Assembly (NCBI RefSeq): GCF_018350175.1
Contig: NC_058368.1
Span: forward strand, 20,400,001 to 20,464,000
DNA length: 64,000 nucleotides
Direction of reading: 5' to 3'
Source of the DNA: Felis catus
Taxonomy: Eukaryota
Shown here in pieces: positions 1-15,877 of this stretch (position 1 is its first letter; each line of letters begins with the position of its first letter). The translations under genes and the position numbers were made by a program. The notes under the pieces are model-generated. The model was not told the DNA's origin. It ran no database searches and saw nothing but the letters and a program-made list of their open reading frames with translations.

Positions 1-159
1 CAATGCAAAATAATTGTACTGCTTACAAGATAATAATAGGGTTTATAAAAGTTTGGAATCATAATACACGTTAGGGGTGCGGTCTGAAAACAGGCAGCAA
101 GTTGAAAGTCCAGTAGTGAGAATTTTTGTTTTGCGGGTGCAGCTGCATGGCTGGCTGGC

Positions 160-510
160 TTAGTGCGGGCTGCTGTAACGACAGAGCACAGACCAAGTGG
201 CTTAAGCAGCAGACATTTATTTCTTACAGTTTTGAAGGCTACAAATCTCAGATCGAGGTGCTGACTGACTTGGTTCCTGGTGAAAGCCCTCTTCCTGGGT
301 TACAGATGGGAGCCATTTTGCTCTGTCTTCACACAGGAGAGAGAGAAAGAGAGAGATCTGGTGTCTCTTCTTATAAGGACGCTATTCGTATCACGGGGGC
401 CCCGCCCTCACGACCTAGTCACCTTCCAAAGGCCCCACTTTCAACAATGGGGACTAGGGCTTCAACATACGAATGGAGGGGGGGGCGCAATTCAATCCAT
501 AGCATAGCAT
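160..510 (-). mobile_element. MLT1-type MaLR solo LTR
   Basis: Typical motifs gggctgctgtaac...tggcttaa...acatttatttcttacagttt, cttcctgggttacagatgg and tctcttcttataaggac. Confidence 0.7.
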
Positions 511-1041
511 TTGGGAATCCCATCAACTGTCTTTATTTGAGACCCTTTGTGAATGTGAAGCTTGAGTCAAAGTGCCCCCGCCCCTCCTCTCCAGAGCCTG
601 CCCCAGCTTACTTATGTTTCACAAGAATGGAGGACAGAAAGTAGGAAAGGAGAAAGGGAGCTGGGGTGTGAGGGGGTCTGGACACTGGTGATCACATAGA
701 TGTTGATACTTCTGTACCATAAAACACTGGGCAACCAGTAGAGTGAAATTGAAGAGAAATATTCAATGACCTGAGGAAACATACAGTCCGTGAAATACTG
801 TTAAGTAGAAAAGCAAGCTTCCAAACTATATGCACGGTGTGGGCTGTGGGAGGCTTACAGGCCAGAGCTTGGAAATGGAGGCTGATAGTGTAGCCATCAT
901 GAAATGATGTGAGACTTCTAGTTTCTTTGTCGTGCTTCTCCCAAATTTCTGGTTTCCATAAAGAATATTATGGAATACTCATGAATATTGCTTTTGTAAT
1001 CAGACAAAACATATACATGTTGTTTGAAAATACTAATACGA

Positions 1042-1260
1042 GGGGCGCCTGGGTGGCGCAGTCGGTTAAGCGTCCGACTTCAGCCAGGTCACGATCTCGC
1101 GGTCCGTGGGTTCGAGCCCCGCATCAGGCTCTGGGCTGATGACTCAGAGCCTGGAGCCTGTTTCCGATTCTGTGTCTCCTTCTCTCTCTGCCCCTCCCCG
1201 TTCATGCTGTGTCTCTGTCCCAAAAATAAATAAAAAACGTTGAAAAAAATAAAAAAAAAA
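1042..1260 (+). mobile_element. Young SINEC_Fc (CAN-SINE)
   Basis: GGGGCGCCTGGGTGGCGCAGTCGGTTAAGCG head, CT-rich tract and A tail. 16-bp TSD gaaaatactaata(c/t)ga at 1026 and 1261. Confidence 0.95.
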
Positions 1261-1876
1261 GAAAATACTAATATGAAAGAAAGGAAGAAGAAGGAAGAGG
1301 GAAGAGAGGGAGGAAGGAAGGGAGGGAAGGAGCCCATCCCTCCTTTTGTGCTTCGTCGGTTGACTGTCCCTCTGTCCAGGGGCTACAAGAAGGGGGAGAC
1401 AGGAAAGGACAGAGATGCCAGCTTGGGGGACAGAGGGTACATATAGTCCTCAGGATTGTCCTGTCCCTCGTCCCCCCCCCCCCCCCCAGCGAGGGGAGGC
1501 ACAGACTTGGTCTGTGTTGCTAGGTGGTACCAGTCACAGCCCCGTTCAGGCAGGCAGGATCCTGGAACCCACAGACTCAGCCTGCAGCCTGCCAGAGACC
1601 TGCTGTGTGCCGAGGGCTGCTCGGCTGCACATCCCAGAGGGCCGTTCAGGCTTTGATTCCGTTGTCGAGTACCTAAAACCTCAGTTATTAGTTATGGAGC
1701 ATTGCTTAGAAGTTTAGCACAGGGCATAATTTTGGTTAATTAGTCGGTACAAACACATACACTGTTTATCAACACAAATAAATTGCATAATGGGTTTGTT
1801 TAATTGCCACATGCACTCTCTTTGGTTTTTAGGATAACCAAAAGCTGCACATGGATGTGGCTATACTACACCCACA

Positions 1877-1877
<1 letters not shown>

Positions 1878-1913
<36 letters not shown>
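1878..1913. repeat. (CA)n microsatellite
   Basis: Read directly from the sequence. Confidence 0.95.
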
Positions 1914-1915
<2 letters not shown>

Positions 1916-4055
1916 CTCTCCTCTCTTATGGGGCCAGGTGCCTGACTTTTGCTGCTCTCACCCTCCTCCCTCCCTCCCCCTCCCTCCAGCTACCTCACCG
2001 TGTCCCTGAGGAGCAGAGGCAGCCAGGAACTGACACAGGCCAGGGCCACATGGTCTCTCTCACCATGGTCTTCCCAGCACCTAGCGCATTGGGTGCTTGG
2101 TGCATGTTTTCTGGGTGAACGAATGATGACATGAACGCATTCGCAGCACTTCTGGCTCGCTCTTGGCCTCTGGGGGCCTGGCCTTGGGCGGGTTACCCTC
2201 CTGGCATCACCATCCTTCCCCCAGGGCTGGTGAAGTGGTCTGTGTCTGTGTGCCCTCACCCCCTGGATGGTGCTCTTGCCTAGTGGGTACCAACTCTGGA
2301 ACGCCTGCGCATCATTTGGGGAGCTTCTTTGGACACCGAGGCTGAAGCCCTGGAACCCACCCTGTGATCAGGCACGTCTGTGGCAAGTGGCCTTTCTGGG
2401 AGGCGGCATTTTACGGCGGCCCTTCCTTTGACAGCCGTCAGGAAGAAAACTGACCGAACCCTTCGTTCCCAGCGCTCGACGGCTCAGGATCAGACTCAAT
2501 GACTACGTACGGAGACTCCGGTTCTGGGTCGGGGAGTACAGAGGAGGGGGAGGAGCAGCTGGGGTTCTCTGGAGGACATGGCCAGCTTGGGTTTTAGATC
2601 CAAATCCATCTGGGTTTCACCTTGCCTTTCCGAGTGGCAGGGAGGTGTGGGCAGACTCCCCAGGGCCTGCCAAGCACAGGGGTGGTCAGGAGTCTCAGAA
2701 GGAGGCGGCCTTGGGGGTTTGCACATGGGGCGGAGGCTGAGGCCGCTGAGGGAGGACGGGATGGGTCTCAGGGCCTCCTCTCCCGGTCCCTGGCTGCCCT
2801 CCTCCAACCGTGTCCTGCCCACGCCATCCCCAGGCCGAGTGGCCCCTCGCAGGGTGGCCTCTGTCCCCACACCTCTTCCCTCCCAGACGCTGTGTGGGCA
2901 CAGCACTGAGGCCTGGCTGCCCAGGGGTGCCAGGGGGTCGCGTGGGGCCCACTGTGACCGTGGGAGGGGCTGACCTCGCATTCACACTTCCTCCCTCGGT
3001 GGCCCGTAGGGACACGCTTTATTGTGTTCTGCTGTGGAGCAGTGGCCGGCATGGGACACGTGGCCAATGTCTGCTCCCCACCTACCCGCTCCCCATTTCT
3101 GCCCTCGCTCTCACTGCCCTGGGGGGCGGGAGAGAGGGAAGGCCCGGTGACTTCCTGTGGGAGACAGGAAAACAGGTGGAGGCAGATGTGGAGCCCTCGA
3201 ACCCCTATGTACCTCACCACTACTGTCAGCATTGAATGAGTCAATAAATTGCCTAGACTGATGCCTGGAACTTGGTAGAATTCGTAACTGTTGGTTCGTA
3301 TTCCTTCACGATGCCTCTACAATTTCCCTGCAGCGCCTTTCCTTTGCCTCCCCTCTCATCTTTTAAAATTCCTCACACACCTAGCACTTGACCCCTACTG
3401 AATTCCTCATTTGTCACAGCAGTCAGGTCTGGTCTTGGTCTTTGTCCGTCAAAAAAAAAAAAAAAAAAAAAAAGGGAGAAAGTAGCAACCCTGATCTTGT
3501 GCCAGAACCTCCTTGGCAATTCAATCCTCTCATCTCTGGCCGTCTGTCTCCCTGGCTGTCTGTCCCCTGGGAGGCCACTTCCCAGGCTAGGAAAGTGAAG
3601 GCAACACTCTCACACATCTCTATTTTGGACCACATGAAGGGCTCCCTTTTTTGCACAATACCTCCTATTTTCGAATCCGTTACTGTTTGCAAATAAAGTG
3701 TCCCAGAACCCCGGGGTGCATGTGGGCAATTTAACAAACGGATCAGAAGCTAATGCTTTTTAAATTTGCAGCTCAATTCCAGAATGTCTTAACTGCAAGA
3801 AAATAATTTGAATATTCTCCCCTACATCCCTTCCTCATCATCAGACCATTAAAATAGAATTTGCCTGGATGCAGTTCCTCTATTTATTCTTTTTACATTA
3901 CTATTAACAAAAAGATGCTTTATCAGCCAACTAAATGGGGCCAACAAAATTAGAGTGAAATGCTTATTTTGTTTAAGCATTAAGACAAATGCGTTTCATT
4001 GGCACCGGTCTTCACGGCACGGGTTACAAATAATCCCTTGTTAAAAGAACAATTA

Positions 4056-4295
4056 GGGGCGCCTGGGTGGCTCAGTCGGTTAAGCGTTCGACTTCGGCTC
4101 AGGTCATGATCTCACGGTTTGTGAGTTGGGAGCTCCAGGTCGGGCTCTGTGCTGACAGCTCAGAGCCTGGAACCTGCTTGGGATTCTGTGTCTCCCTCTC
4201 TCCCTGTCCCTCCCCCCGCTTGAGCTCTGTCTCTGTCTCTCAAAAATAAATAAACGTTGAAAAAATATTTCTTTTAGTAAAAAAAATAAAAAAGA
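4056..4295 (+). mobile_element. CAN-SINE (felid SINEC)
   Basis: tRNA-like head, (CT)n tract and A-rich tail. Confidence 0.93.
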
Positions 4296-4821
4296 AGCAC
4301 AATTTCTGGTATGTGGTTGTTGCTCAATAGTACCTCGACCTTTCTGCAAACCTCCAAGCCGTGACTATACATGTTTAGCTCCGTCCATTCATACACGTAC
4401 TCACGCAGGCACACACGGGAAATTTGGACACACAGATTTGGGCAGGTTCCTCTCATCCCAGTTCCCGTTCACCTTTAGACCAGAGGCGTGGATGGTTCTT
4501 GCTTTACTCTCCGCGTGGACCAGAGCTGGGCTATTTGTGTGAAGGTGCTGTCCTCTGGTGGAAGTTAGACGACTTGCATGTTTAGCCAAATGAGAGAAAT
4601 GGCAGTCACCACCGTAAGAGCCCAGTAAATATTAGCGGATCACGTTGTGGTTGTGTTTATTTGATGACTGACGGAGGAAGGGGAAAGGGAAAGTCGAAGA
4701 AGACAGAGAAAGAGCAGCCACAGGAAAACCCCCAGAAGAGCCTGGGACAGGGATGAGCACAGAGTGACCTCCAGGAAATATTTGCTGCTAGATTAAAAAG
4801 CTAAGCCTGGGGCTGGGGGGT

Positions 4822-5019
4822 GGGCGCCTAGGTGGCTCAGTCATTTAAACTTCCGACTTCTGCCCAGGTCATAATCTCACGGTTCGTGGGTTTGAGCCCC
4901 GCGTCTGGCTGTGTGCTGACAGCTCAGAACCTGGAACCTGCTTCGGATTCTGTGTCTCCCTCTCTTTCTGCCCCTCCCTGTCTCACACTCTGTCTCTCTC
5001 TCAAAAATAAATAAACATT
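4822..5019 (+). mobile_element. Older CAN-SINE with a younger SINE inserted in its tail
   Basis: SINE body. Outer TSD aaaaagctaagcctgggg at 4795 and 5285. Confidence 0.92.
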
Positions 5020-5038
5020 AAGATAATAATAATAAATA

Positions 5039-5262
5039 GGGGCGCCTGGGTGGCGCAGTCGGTTAAGCGTCCGACTTCAGCCAGGTCACGATCTCGCGGT
5101 CCGTGAGTTCGAGCCCCGCGTCAGGCTCTGGGCTGATGGCTCAGAGCCTGGAGCCTGTTTCCGATTCTGTGTCTCCCTCTCTCTCTGCCCCACCCCCGTT
5201 CATGCTCTGTCTCTCTCTGTCCCCCAAAAAATAAATAAACGTTGAAAAAAAAATTTAAAAAA
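5039..5262 (+). mobile_element. Young SINEC_Fc nested in a SINE tail
   Basis: Diagnostic young head. TSD aagataataataataaata at 5020 and 5263. Confidence 0.95.
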
Positions 5263-6719
5263 AAGATAATAATAATAAATAAATAAAAAGCTAAGCCTGG
5301 GGGCTGTAGATTCTGATTCATAGACGGGGCTGGGCTTTGATGGCAGCAACCCAGGTGACCTAATCCTGCACAAGCACTGAGAATTCTGCCGCGTTTCTTT
5401 GAAATTTGTCAATGTTCACTTCCAGGAGTTGCTTAATCCACCTGCCATTGCTGCAGAGGTGTGAGGCTTCTCTCCATCAGCTCTTGGAGCTACGGCATGG
5501 AAGTAGCTGCCCATTTTCCCCTCGAAAGGGAGGAAAGGCTTTAGAGAGAAAATATGCATTCTTGAACAGTGCGATCTCTGCCCCGGAAACCGCAATTCAC
5601 CCGGGCATCAATATGCAGGGTACAGGAGCAGTTTCCCTCCGATTCCAAGAAGGAGGAAATAACATGCTTTGCCGGAAGGGGCAAGCCAGGGGGCTGAGAG
5701 TTTAGTCAGAAGATAATGCAATTATAGGTCAGGATGGACAGGTCTCTGGCACGTTTGCCCATCTGCTTGCAAACCTTGGGAGATTCAGTGCTTCTAGCTG
5801 CACCTGTTCCTAATTTACTTGTCACAAATAAGAGTGGCGCCTCTGCCCAGGACGGAGGCTGTCACTGCGTGGAGAGACGAGGCAGGGTGCTGGCAGGTCC
5901 TCTGACGGAGTCTGAAACAATTCTTCAGGCCCCCTTTTCAGCTCAGACTGGAGGAGGAGAATAGAAAATCTCACAGAGAGGGTTTTCCTCCAGGGTCATT
6001 GTAACATGTTTCTTTGGGGGTGTGACCAAAAAAAATTCTTATTTAACTCTTAGGAAAAATGAAGGATGACTCTACATGTTATGGGAATAGAGATTTAATA
6101 TAGGAATTAGGGCTTACCTGAAGTGAGAAGAGCTGGGGGGGGGGGTGAAGGCAGCTGGAAGGTCACGGAGACAGCGGGGAGAACAGCCTCAAACACCAAG
6201 GTGGGTGCTTCTCTAAAGTTTGGTGAGAAACTGCTACAATTCTTAAGCATCCCTGGGAGATCGGCCACATCTGGTGCTTGCCAGGAAGCCCGAGAACCTT
6301 GTGTCTGGTCTGACCCCTGTGACCTCCTGAGGATAATCACCTTTCTTCATTTCCACCTTCCAAAGCTCAGGCAAGTTCCTCCCCTTGAAAGAGTAAGCTC
6401 CAATGTTCCAAGGAAGGGATTGCGAGAAAGGAAGGTCCGCTAAGAAGGGGATGGTAGTCCAGCAAAGTTGACCACTGACGACACAACCCAAGCCCCAAGC
6501 CCCTACGTTCTTATGTTGACTTCCTCATCATGTGAGACAAGTTATTAATTAATTAATTCAATAAACCTTAAGTACTTTCTGGGTGCCAGGCACCGGGCTA
6601 GGTGGTGGAGGCAGATTAACTCTGTAGAATTGAGTCCCGCCCTGCACCAGCTCACATCGCACTAAGAGGGAAGACTGAAGCTACAAACAAAGCATTAGAA
6701 CGCACAGAAGTTATTAAGG

Positions 6720-7085
6720 CTGTTCACAAAGAGTCCGGCTGTCGCCCAGGTACGTGCTCGGATTGCCTTTCCCCACTTGCTTGGGAGCTGGGAGAGGGCA
6801 TGTGACTTGCTTTTGTCAACGGAGTGTGGGAGAAGGGAATGTGTAACTTGCACTGGAAGGTCTAGGAATAACACACCCTCCACCATGCCATCTTCCACCT
6901 GCCGTGGTAAACTCTTCTGGATGGAGTTTCTGTCAGCCTGAGGCTCCTGAGAAACTGAGAACAGAGCCCCCAGCCAACCTCAAAGGACGTGGAATGTGAC
7001 TAAGAGGCAAGTCTGTGTAACAAGCCAATAAGAGTTTGGGGGGTTATTTATGACCACAGCAAAACTCGCCCATGCTACCGACACA
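6720..7085 (+). mobile_element. Degraded MLT1-type LTR
   Basis: LTR-end motif aagccaataagagtttgggggttatttatgaccacagcaaaac...gacaca. Confidence 0.5.
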
Positions 7086-7744
7086 TAACACAGAGTGAGC
7101 ATGATATATTGTGAGGGTGGCTGGGGTAGACGGAGGGTGGGTTGCTTCTGGATCAATACGCTGATTGATCATTCGCCACATGTGGCTTTGATTTGGCTCG
7201 CTCTCTGAGAAGACCAAAGAGAGCCGATTACTGAAGGGGGTAGAGCAGTGAACAAGACAGGTTCAGAACAACCCTCCTCTCTCCCGCTGTCCTCAGCCGC
7301 ACTGCCCCCTCCCGCTGCTCTGACTTGTGATGACAGCGAATTGATCCATACAAGACTGGTGAGGATCCAATGAGAAAGAGAGTGCTTTAAAAGATTATTT
7401 TAAAATAAGGATCAGGAACAAGAGCAGAAGTGAAAAAAAGAAGTGATAAGAATAGAGACCCGCAGGGTCCCAAGGATGTACATTCAAGCAAGATGCATCA
7501 CAGATTATTCGGGGAGCTTAGCGTATCAGTAAAGCCCATTTGTAGTGGGCGCGAATTAACTAAAGCACAAAACGCTAAACTGGCACTTTATGACAAGATG
7601 ATACAGTTAAGACTTTTTTTTTTTTTTAAGTTTGTAAGTGCTTTCATTTTCTGATCATATATTCTGGCCATACATATATGCATATTTCTGACATATGTGT
7701 TTTCTTCATACAAATATGTAAGAATGAGACCTATTCCTTGCTTT

Positions 7745-7929
7745 TAAAGTTTAATTTGAGAGAGAGGGAGAGGGTGCGCATGCAGGGGAGGGGCAGAGAG
7801 AGAAAGAGAGAGAGAATCCAAAAGAGGCTCTGCACTGTCCGCCCAGAGCCTGATGTGGGACTCGATCTCATGAACCTGAGCCGAAATCAAGAATCAGACG
7901 CTTTACCGACTTGAGCCACCCAGGTGTCC
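7745..7929 (-). mobile_element. Older CAN-SINE
   Basis: Reverse-complement SINE. TSD tgag(a/g)cctattcct on both sides. Confidence 0.88.
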
Positions 7930-8174
7930 TGAGGCCTATTCCTATAGTGGCCTTTGACGCTTGATTTTGGATAAGGTAAACTATTTTGCCATTAATCTTA
8001 GCTGAATGTGCTTAGAAAGATAAACTGATTGGGGTGCATAGTACACCTCAAGTCAAGCATAAATGATTCAGAGATTATCCTTAAAAAGGAAGATAGGAGA
8101 TCATCCTTAAATAGGCTGCCCTCCAGTGAGGTCCTCACCCCTCCCCGGCTGGCCACCACAACTCCCTAACAGAC

Positions 8175-8622
8175 AGTGGCAGGAGACTGCCCTGGTAGCC
8201 CCAGTGAGCCTGTCTTCTAGTACTCACATCCTTGGGTCTTCTCCCCCCCCCCCCCGCCCCCTCCTCTGAGCTAGTCCTGTGATCTGGCTTCTTCACAGAA
8301 GGCGGCGGAAGAACATGAAGTTCATTCGCAGCTTAGGCCTTAAGACTGACAGATTCTACCTTTGCACTGTTGGAAGCCCTGAGCAGCCAGGCGAGAATTT
8401 TGGCTACCCTGCTGGAAGGTCCCTGTGGAGAAGAGAGGCCCACTGTCCCAGGTCCCCAGCTGACCCCAGCCCCAGCCTACCTGGAGTGCGGGCACAGGGG
8501 TGCCACTGACACCCGCACCAAAGCCCCACTAAATTATAGAACTGTGAGCAAATAAAATGATTGTTGTTTGAAGCCATTGAGTTTTGGGTTGGTTGGTACG
8601 TGATAATAGATCAATGAAGCAC
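8175..8622 (+). mobile_element. Degraded MLT1-type LTR
   Basis: 3' end agaactgtgagcaaataaaatgattgttgtttgaagccattgagttttggg is typical of MLT1. Confidence 0.6.
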
Positions 8623-11344
8623 TAACTTTTCTTAAATCCTATGGGGCTCCCACTTAAGGTTTCTACATGGAATTTTCTCACAATCCCATTTGCCACACCA
8701 TCTTCTGCTCTAAGTTCTTAACCGGTCAGGCTTGTCATGTACAGTTATATGGGTTGTGCACTGCACCAGGATACCCCACCAAGAGAGCCAATGGGGACTG
8801 CTTGCCTGGCCCTCACCTCAAGAGGGCACTTTTTCTAAATTGCATGAATATGTCTTACCGACTCCCAGAGCTCTGACAAACGGTATTCAGCTGAATCAAA
8901 TTCAAAGTTGTCGATCTGGCCCCTGAGCTTCCTTTCGCTGCCTAATGCCACCTTTGCTCTCCCCTCTAACTTTCCCTCTCACTCTGGTCCTGAATCTTGG
9001 CCCAGCCGAGTTAGCCTACCTCCCATCCTGCCTTCCAGTTGGTGGCGGTTCCCAAACTGGGGTTGTGCCTTCTAGGGGCGTCTACAAGTGCAGCCCCTGG
9101 CGCTCCGTGCACTCAGGTGCCAGGACAGTTTTTGGTCTTGTGAACCTCGGAGGACCTGATGTTTGCTTCCAGGCACCTCTTAAGAGATTTCCAAGCCTGT
9201 TAAAGCACAAAGGCACGGCGAAAACATACGTTATTCCATTTTCAGACTCCACACGCAGAGGGCCAAGCACGGGGGGTGGGGGTGGGGCGCTGTGGGGCTG
9301 AGTTTCTCTGCTTCCAGAAGGGCGGTGCTTCATTGGACAGAGGTCCAAAGGCACAGGGTCCTGCGTCTGAGCCACGGGAGCCTGTCTCCAGGGGAAATTC
9401 TTTTCCTTTCAATTCATAGCACAGCCCGAAGGCGAAATGTTCCAATACTCCGTGCAAGTGGACCAGAGCGACACGGGATACGCGTTGTCAAACTTTGTAA
9501 TCTTACCCTTCATTAAATATTCAGCGTGGATGATTTGATCTCTTCCTTTTCTCAGCTCCCCCCTCTTCCTCTGCGTTCCCCCCTTCATTCCTCCTCTCTA
9601 TTTACCTGCCTTCTGGGAAGTGCTGACTCAGGGTCTCTTTCGTGTCAGGGGCACAGCCAAGGGGGTGTCTAGACCCAGGGCGAGCGGACAGACCATCTGC
9701 TTTGAGTCAGGACCCTGTAGGGAGAGCGGCTGCAGCCTGGTGGGAGGGGAGAGGCAGCTCCCTCGGGATGCGTGCCCCCCCCCCCCCCAGGACTACCCAG
9801 GTAACGGCGCAGTCATGGTCAACATTCCCAACTCTGAAGGGGTCAGGTGCTCACCGGCTTTGTGCTGGAAGGGAAGGAGTGCCTGGCCACGTGCCCTCGA
9901 AGCAGTGGGCTGCTCAGGACAGTCAGCGTCCCCGGGGAAACACAGCACTGTCCAGGGCAGCGGGCTCAACTAGAGATTTCCGTGCCCACCTTTCCTAAGG
10001 CGGGCCTCAGCCTGTGACAGCCGCGAATGCTGAAGGTTGAGGGGCCTGGGTGCAGAGTATTTGCCTGCAACGATGGTTTGGCAGCCTTGTGCTGGAAGCC
10101 GCAAAAGTAGTGCAAGCAGTAATAGTATCTTGATATTATTGCATAAGTTAATTGACGCTTTTGACTGAGCGGATAGGACACGTTAAGTGTTCCCTCTCTA
10201 TTGCCTTCTGTAATTATTATAACAACTCGATGAAATGGGTAATAGTGGCTTTTGCAGGTGAGAACACCAAAACTCAGAGTTGAGAAAGCGTTCCTATGCT
10301 GGGAGGTGGCAGACCTGGGACCCAGACCTGATTCGAGGGAGGCTCATGCTGGCGTTCTCTCCTGCCAACGGCCCTGCCCCCTGGGCCGCCAGCATGGAGG
10401 CACGGACTAGGCCGGTGTGGGAGCAGACAGGAGCTCCAACACCCTCGTCCGCCCTCCCGCCCGTGGCCACCACCACCTGGCATTGGCATTGCCGTGGAAC
10501 AAACCCCCTGGGTCCCTCAGGACCATTCTGCTGCCGCCTTGGGATTCTGCCCTTGCAGTTTGAGAAATTCTGGAATAAAGCAAGGTTGGATACACTGAGT
10601 CACCTTATGCCAATTCTCTGGGGGCTCTAGTCAAGCCTCAAGTCTCTTGATATCTACACAAAGAACGGGTGTGCTCTGTGCTGAGTGAGGAACACAGCTC
10701 CAGGACCAGCTGGCTCTTTCCTGTGCACAGCAGGGCTGGCGTGGAGGGGCTGGGCTGGGGGCGAGGACGCAGTCGAAGGGCCCTCCCCACCTATGTGCTT
10801 GCCCGGCATTCTCCGTGATGCAAGGGAAGAGCCAGACCCGGCCTGATTTGGGATTTGATGGGCATTTGTAGGGTCCTAGAAATATACTTTTTAAGACCAC
10901 AAGGAGATTTCACACCCATTTCTTCTGGTGAGGCCATGAGAAAATCTAAATGAGGTATAAAGGCAGTTGCTACTTGAGATGAACTTTCTTGAACAGAGAC
11001 AAAAAATATTTTTGTAGAGAGAAAGTATTCTCTCCCTTCAACTCCCTGAGCAGGAGCTCTGGAGAGAGGGGTGGCTTCGAGGCTGCTTTGGTAAGGAGGT
11101 GAGAGTCAGCTAGCTGGGCACTGCCTACTACTAATGTCCCGTTCTTTTGTATTCACGAGATGCTCTGCAAGTGATGTCACTAGAATTGTCCATCAATTTT
11201 TTTTCATAAGGTTGGTCCTTAGGAAGAATCTAGCCAGGAAGTAGGAGCAGAGAGGAGAAAAATATAGAAGATACTTTCATTCTCTTTGGGCTCAAGAGGT
11301 TAGGTTCTTGGGACATTCTGGATGTGATATAGATTAGACTGCAT

Positions 11345-11564
11345 TAAAAAAATTTTTTTTAACATTTATTTATTTTTGAGAGACAGAGAGAGACAGAGCA
11401 TGAGCAGATGAGGGGCAGAGAGAGAGGGAGACACGAATCTGAAGCAGGCTCCAGGCCCCAAGATGTCAGCACAGAGCCCGACGCGGGGCTTGAACTCACG
11501 AACCCTGAGATCATGACCTGAGCTGAAGTCGGATGCTTAACTGACTGAGCCACCAAGTCACCCC
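11345..11564 (-). mobile_element. CAN-SINE
   Basis: Reverse-complement SINE body with a T-rich tail. Confidence 0.92.
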
Positions 11565-12479
11565 TACACTTCATTTTTTATCTATTTAAACCTTTTCTAA
11601 ACTTATGTCGAATTAATCTCATTGTAAGCCCACTGGCACAGAAGCGACTGAGAAAGGTCACAGTCCCTGGATTCCTCTAGGAAAAGTTCTGTCAGTTCTT
11701 GTCTATCCTCAGTGCTTCGATATTGTGCTTGTGCGGAGCCAGAGAAATGGGCAGGACAGAGACCTCAGAGCGTGTGACGTCATGAGTCCATGGCACCGAG
11801 GGGGCAGTGGGGCTTGAAGAAGGAGGGTTGGGTCTGAGGACAAGTTTCTCACTCACCGATTTAGACCTTAGGTAAGTCTCCCAACTGCTCCAGGCTCACT
11901 TTCTTCGCCTGTGAATTGAGGACCAATAATGACAATGGAAAGGACTCTTCTGTCCCAAGGAAGCCATGACAGTTCGATAAATTAATGTGTGTGGAGGCAC
12001 TTGATCAGCCCTGATGCCCTCTGCTACTGTGCAACGTTAAGTGCTCCTGCACGTTCAGGGGCATGGGGTCACAGGGTCAACATCGTGTCTGGAATGCCAC
12101 GCACGGAACCCGTGCTCAGTACGAAGATACTTACGATGTCCTCTGCTAGCTGCATTTCAAAAAGCATAGTCATCGCTCTGAAGCAGGATATAAACATTAT
12201 TTTAGCTTTGTTTCTGTGTCACAGACCTCTCCAAGTGTCTGACAAAATGCCTGACGCTTTCTGTCTCTCTCTCAAACCAACCAACAAACAGAACAAAAGT
12301 CCGGCAAAAATAAACCGTGCTGATACACACATCCAGGAACACTTCCCATTCGGTGTCTGGGGTCTCATCGTCTTCCTCTAAGAGCTGTCCCAGCTTCAGC
12401 AAATGCCTGTGCTAGAGATTTAGAGGCGTCAGTCCTCTGAGTAAAGAAGGGAGAGAAATAGACTGTATGGAGAAACGAA

Positions 12480-14238
<1,759 letters not shown>

Positions 14239-15877
14239 TGAGACCTAGATGGTTTCCAATAACCAGGCGTTTGGCTGCATGGGAGTCAAGCGACTGGGGG
14301 ACTTGTTCCACCTCCACCTCGGGCCCCGGGTGTGCTGGGGACTCAGGCACAGCCTCGAGGGCCCGTGACATCCAGGAGACTGCCTTGCTGGGCCCTGGAG
14401 GCTTCAGGCCCGGACACCCCATGCGGGAAATTAGTGCAAGAAGTAACTGGCGGTTATCTTGTTCGTACCTATTGTGGTCTTTGTACACATCATCTCTCTT
14501 GGAGCCATCTAGTAATTCTGGAAGGTCAGGTGGGAGAAACTCCCATGTCACGGCAGAGCAAGCCGAGACTCGGTGACCTGCTCTGATAGGGCCTCCAATT
14601 CATTAGGGGACTCATTCCTTCGTTCCTCAATTTCTTTCTTTTTTTTTTTTTTCAAATGCCTGAGGTTTCAGGCTGTTTTACGTTCCCATCAATTGCTTCC
14701 CTGACGACTGCACTCTAAGGTGCTCAGAGCGGACCTGTCTTTCCCACATCCGGTTTCCCCCCAGTGGGTCCTGTGAGCTGAGCAAGCCTTATTAACGCTG
14801 AATGACTGATGGGCCTGCTCCCAAATCCCTAGGGCTTGGCCTCGCCCGACTGGTTTCAACTGTCTGTATTTTGCCCCCCCCCCCCCCGGGGTGGGCAGTT
14901 GAAATAATCACTTCAACTCCCAAAGTAGGTCAGTGTCCCAGTACCTAGCCTTCCGTTCCAGGACTGACCCTGTGGCCAGCCAGCTGCAGATTTGGGAGCC
15001 AGACACCCCTTCTTGGTCACTTAGGGATGCTTTGTAAACTTTAAGTCTGGTCTTCCGTGCGTAGATCCTGGAAGGGCTGGCCCCCACGTAGGGAGCGGGC
15101 AGTGCTCTCTGGGCATCGCGGCACCACGCAGACTCCTCTCCCTCCCCACAGACACCAGCCCCCTGCCTTGGCCACAGAACTTAAGGTCCCCTGTCCGTCT
15201 CTCTTTTCCGGAAAGATAACGGCTTTTAGGCTGTTCCATTTAAAACTCCCAGCAAGAAACATCGTTTAGGTATTGACCCAGTTGACTCAATAACAACCAA
15301 AACAAACATTTCATGGAACGCACCCATTCCTGTTCTCTGTTTGGTCCTCTGATTTTTTTCAAAACCTTCCATAGTCTTCTTGTCTGTTTTTGACGTTGGT
15401 CATGACACAGTCACTTTATTTCTCAGGCTACTACAGGGTCAAGACCCACAGTTTCGGACACCCCAGAGTCAAGGCATTCCAGCAGGGCCTGTGGAAATGT
15501 CAACAGTCTCTAGGGCGTGATGCAGCAGGGTGCCAAATGGTCTGTGGTCCCAGCACCTTGGAGAGAAGAGAGACTGGATGTATCCACGTAGATAGATGGG
15601 AGGAGGAAGTGAGCACAGGCCAGAAGTGAGGCGAGCCTGGGGTGGGTGTGGAAGCCCCTCCTGGGTCCCTGCATGGGGGAGGTCGTGGCCAGGCTCTGTG
15701 ACAATCTGCTCCTCCCTCAGAATAGAGGATTACAAAAGTGAGCAAAACACACATTTTGCAACATTTTGAAATCAGAACAAAAACCCCACATCTGAGGACT
15801 TTTGTGTCAGTCTTGGGTATGAGCTGTAGTTTGAGACTCACTGTGTAAATGTCCAAGTGTTAGAATTTCTGACACAT

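Noticed and set aside
1042..1110. tRNA genes
   Set aside because: The tRNA-like A/B boxes belong to CAN-SINE heads, not to true tRNAs.
11775..11782. Palindromic CRE TGACGTCA 1.7 kb upstream of the C13orf42 ATG
   Set aside because: A single 8-mer is expected by chance in 64 kb, and there is no supporting evidence.
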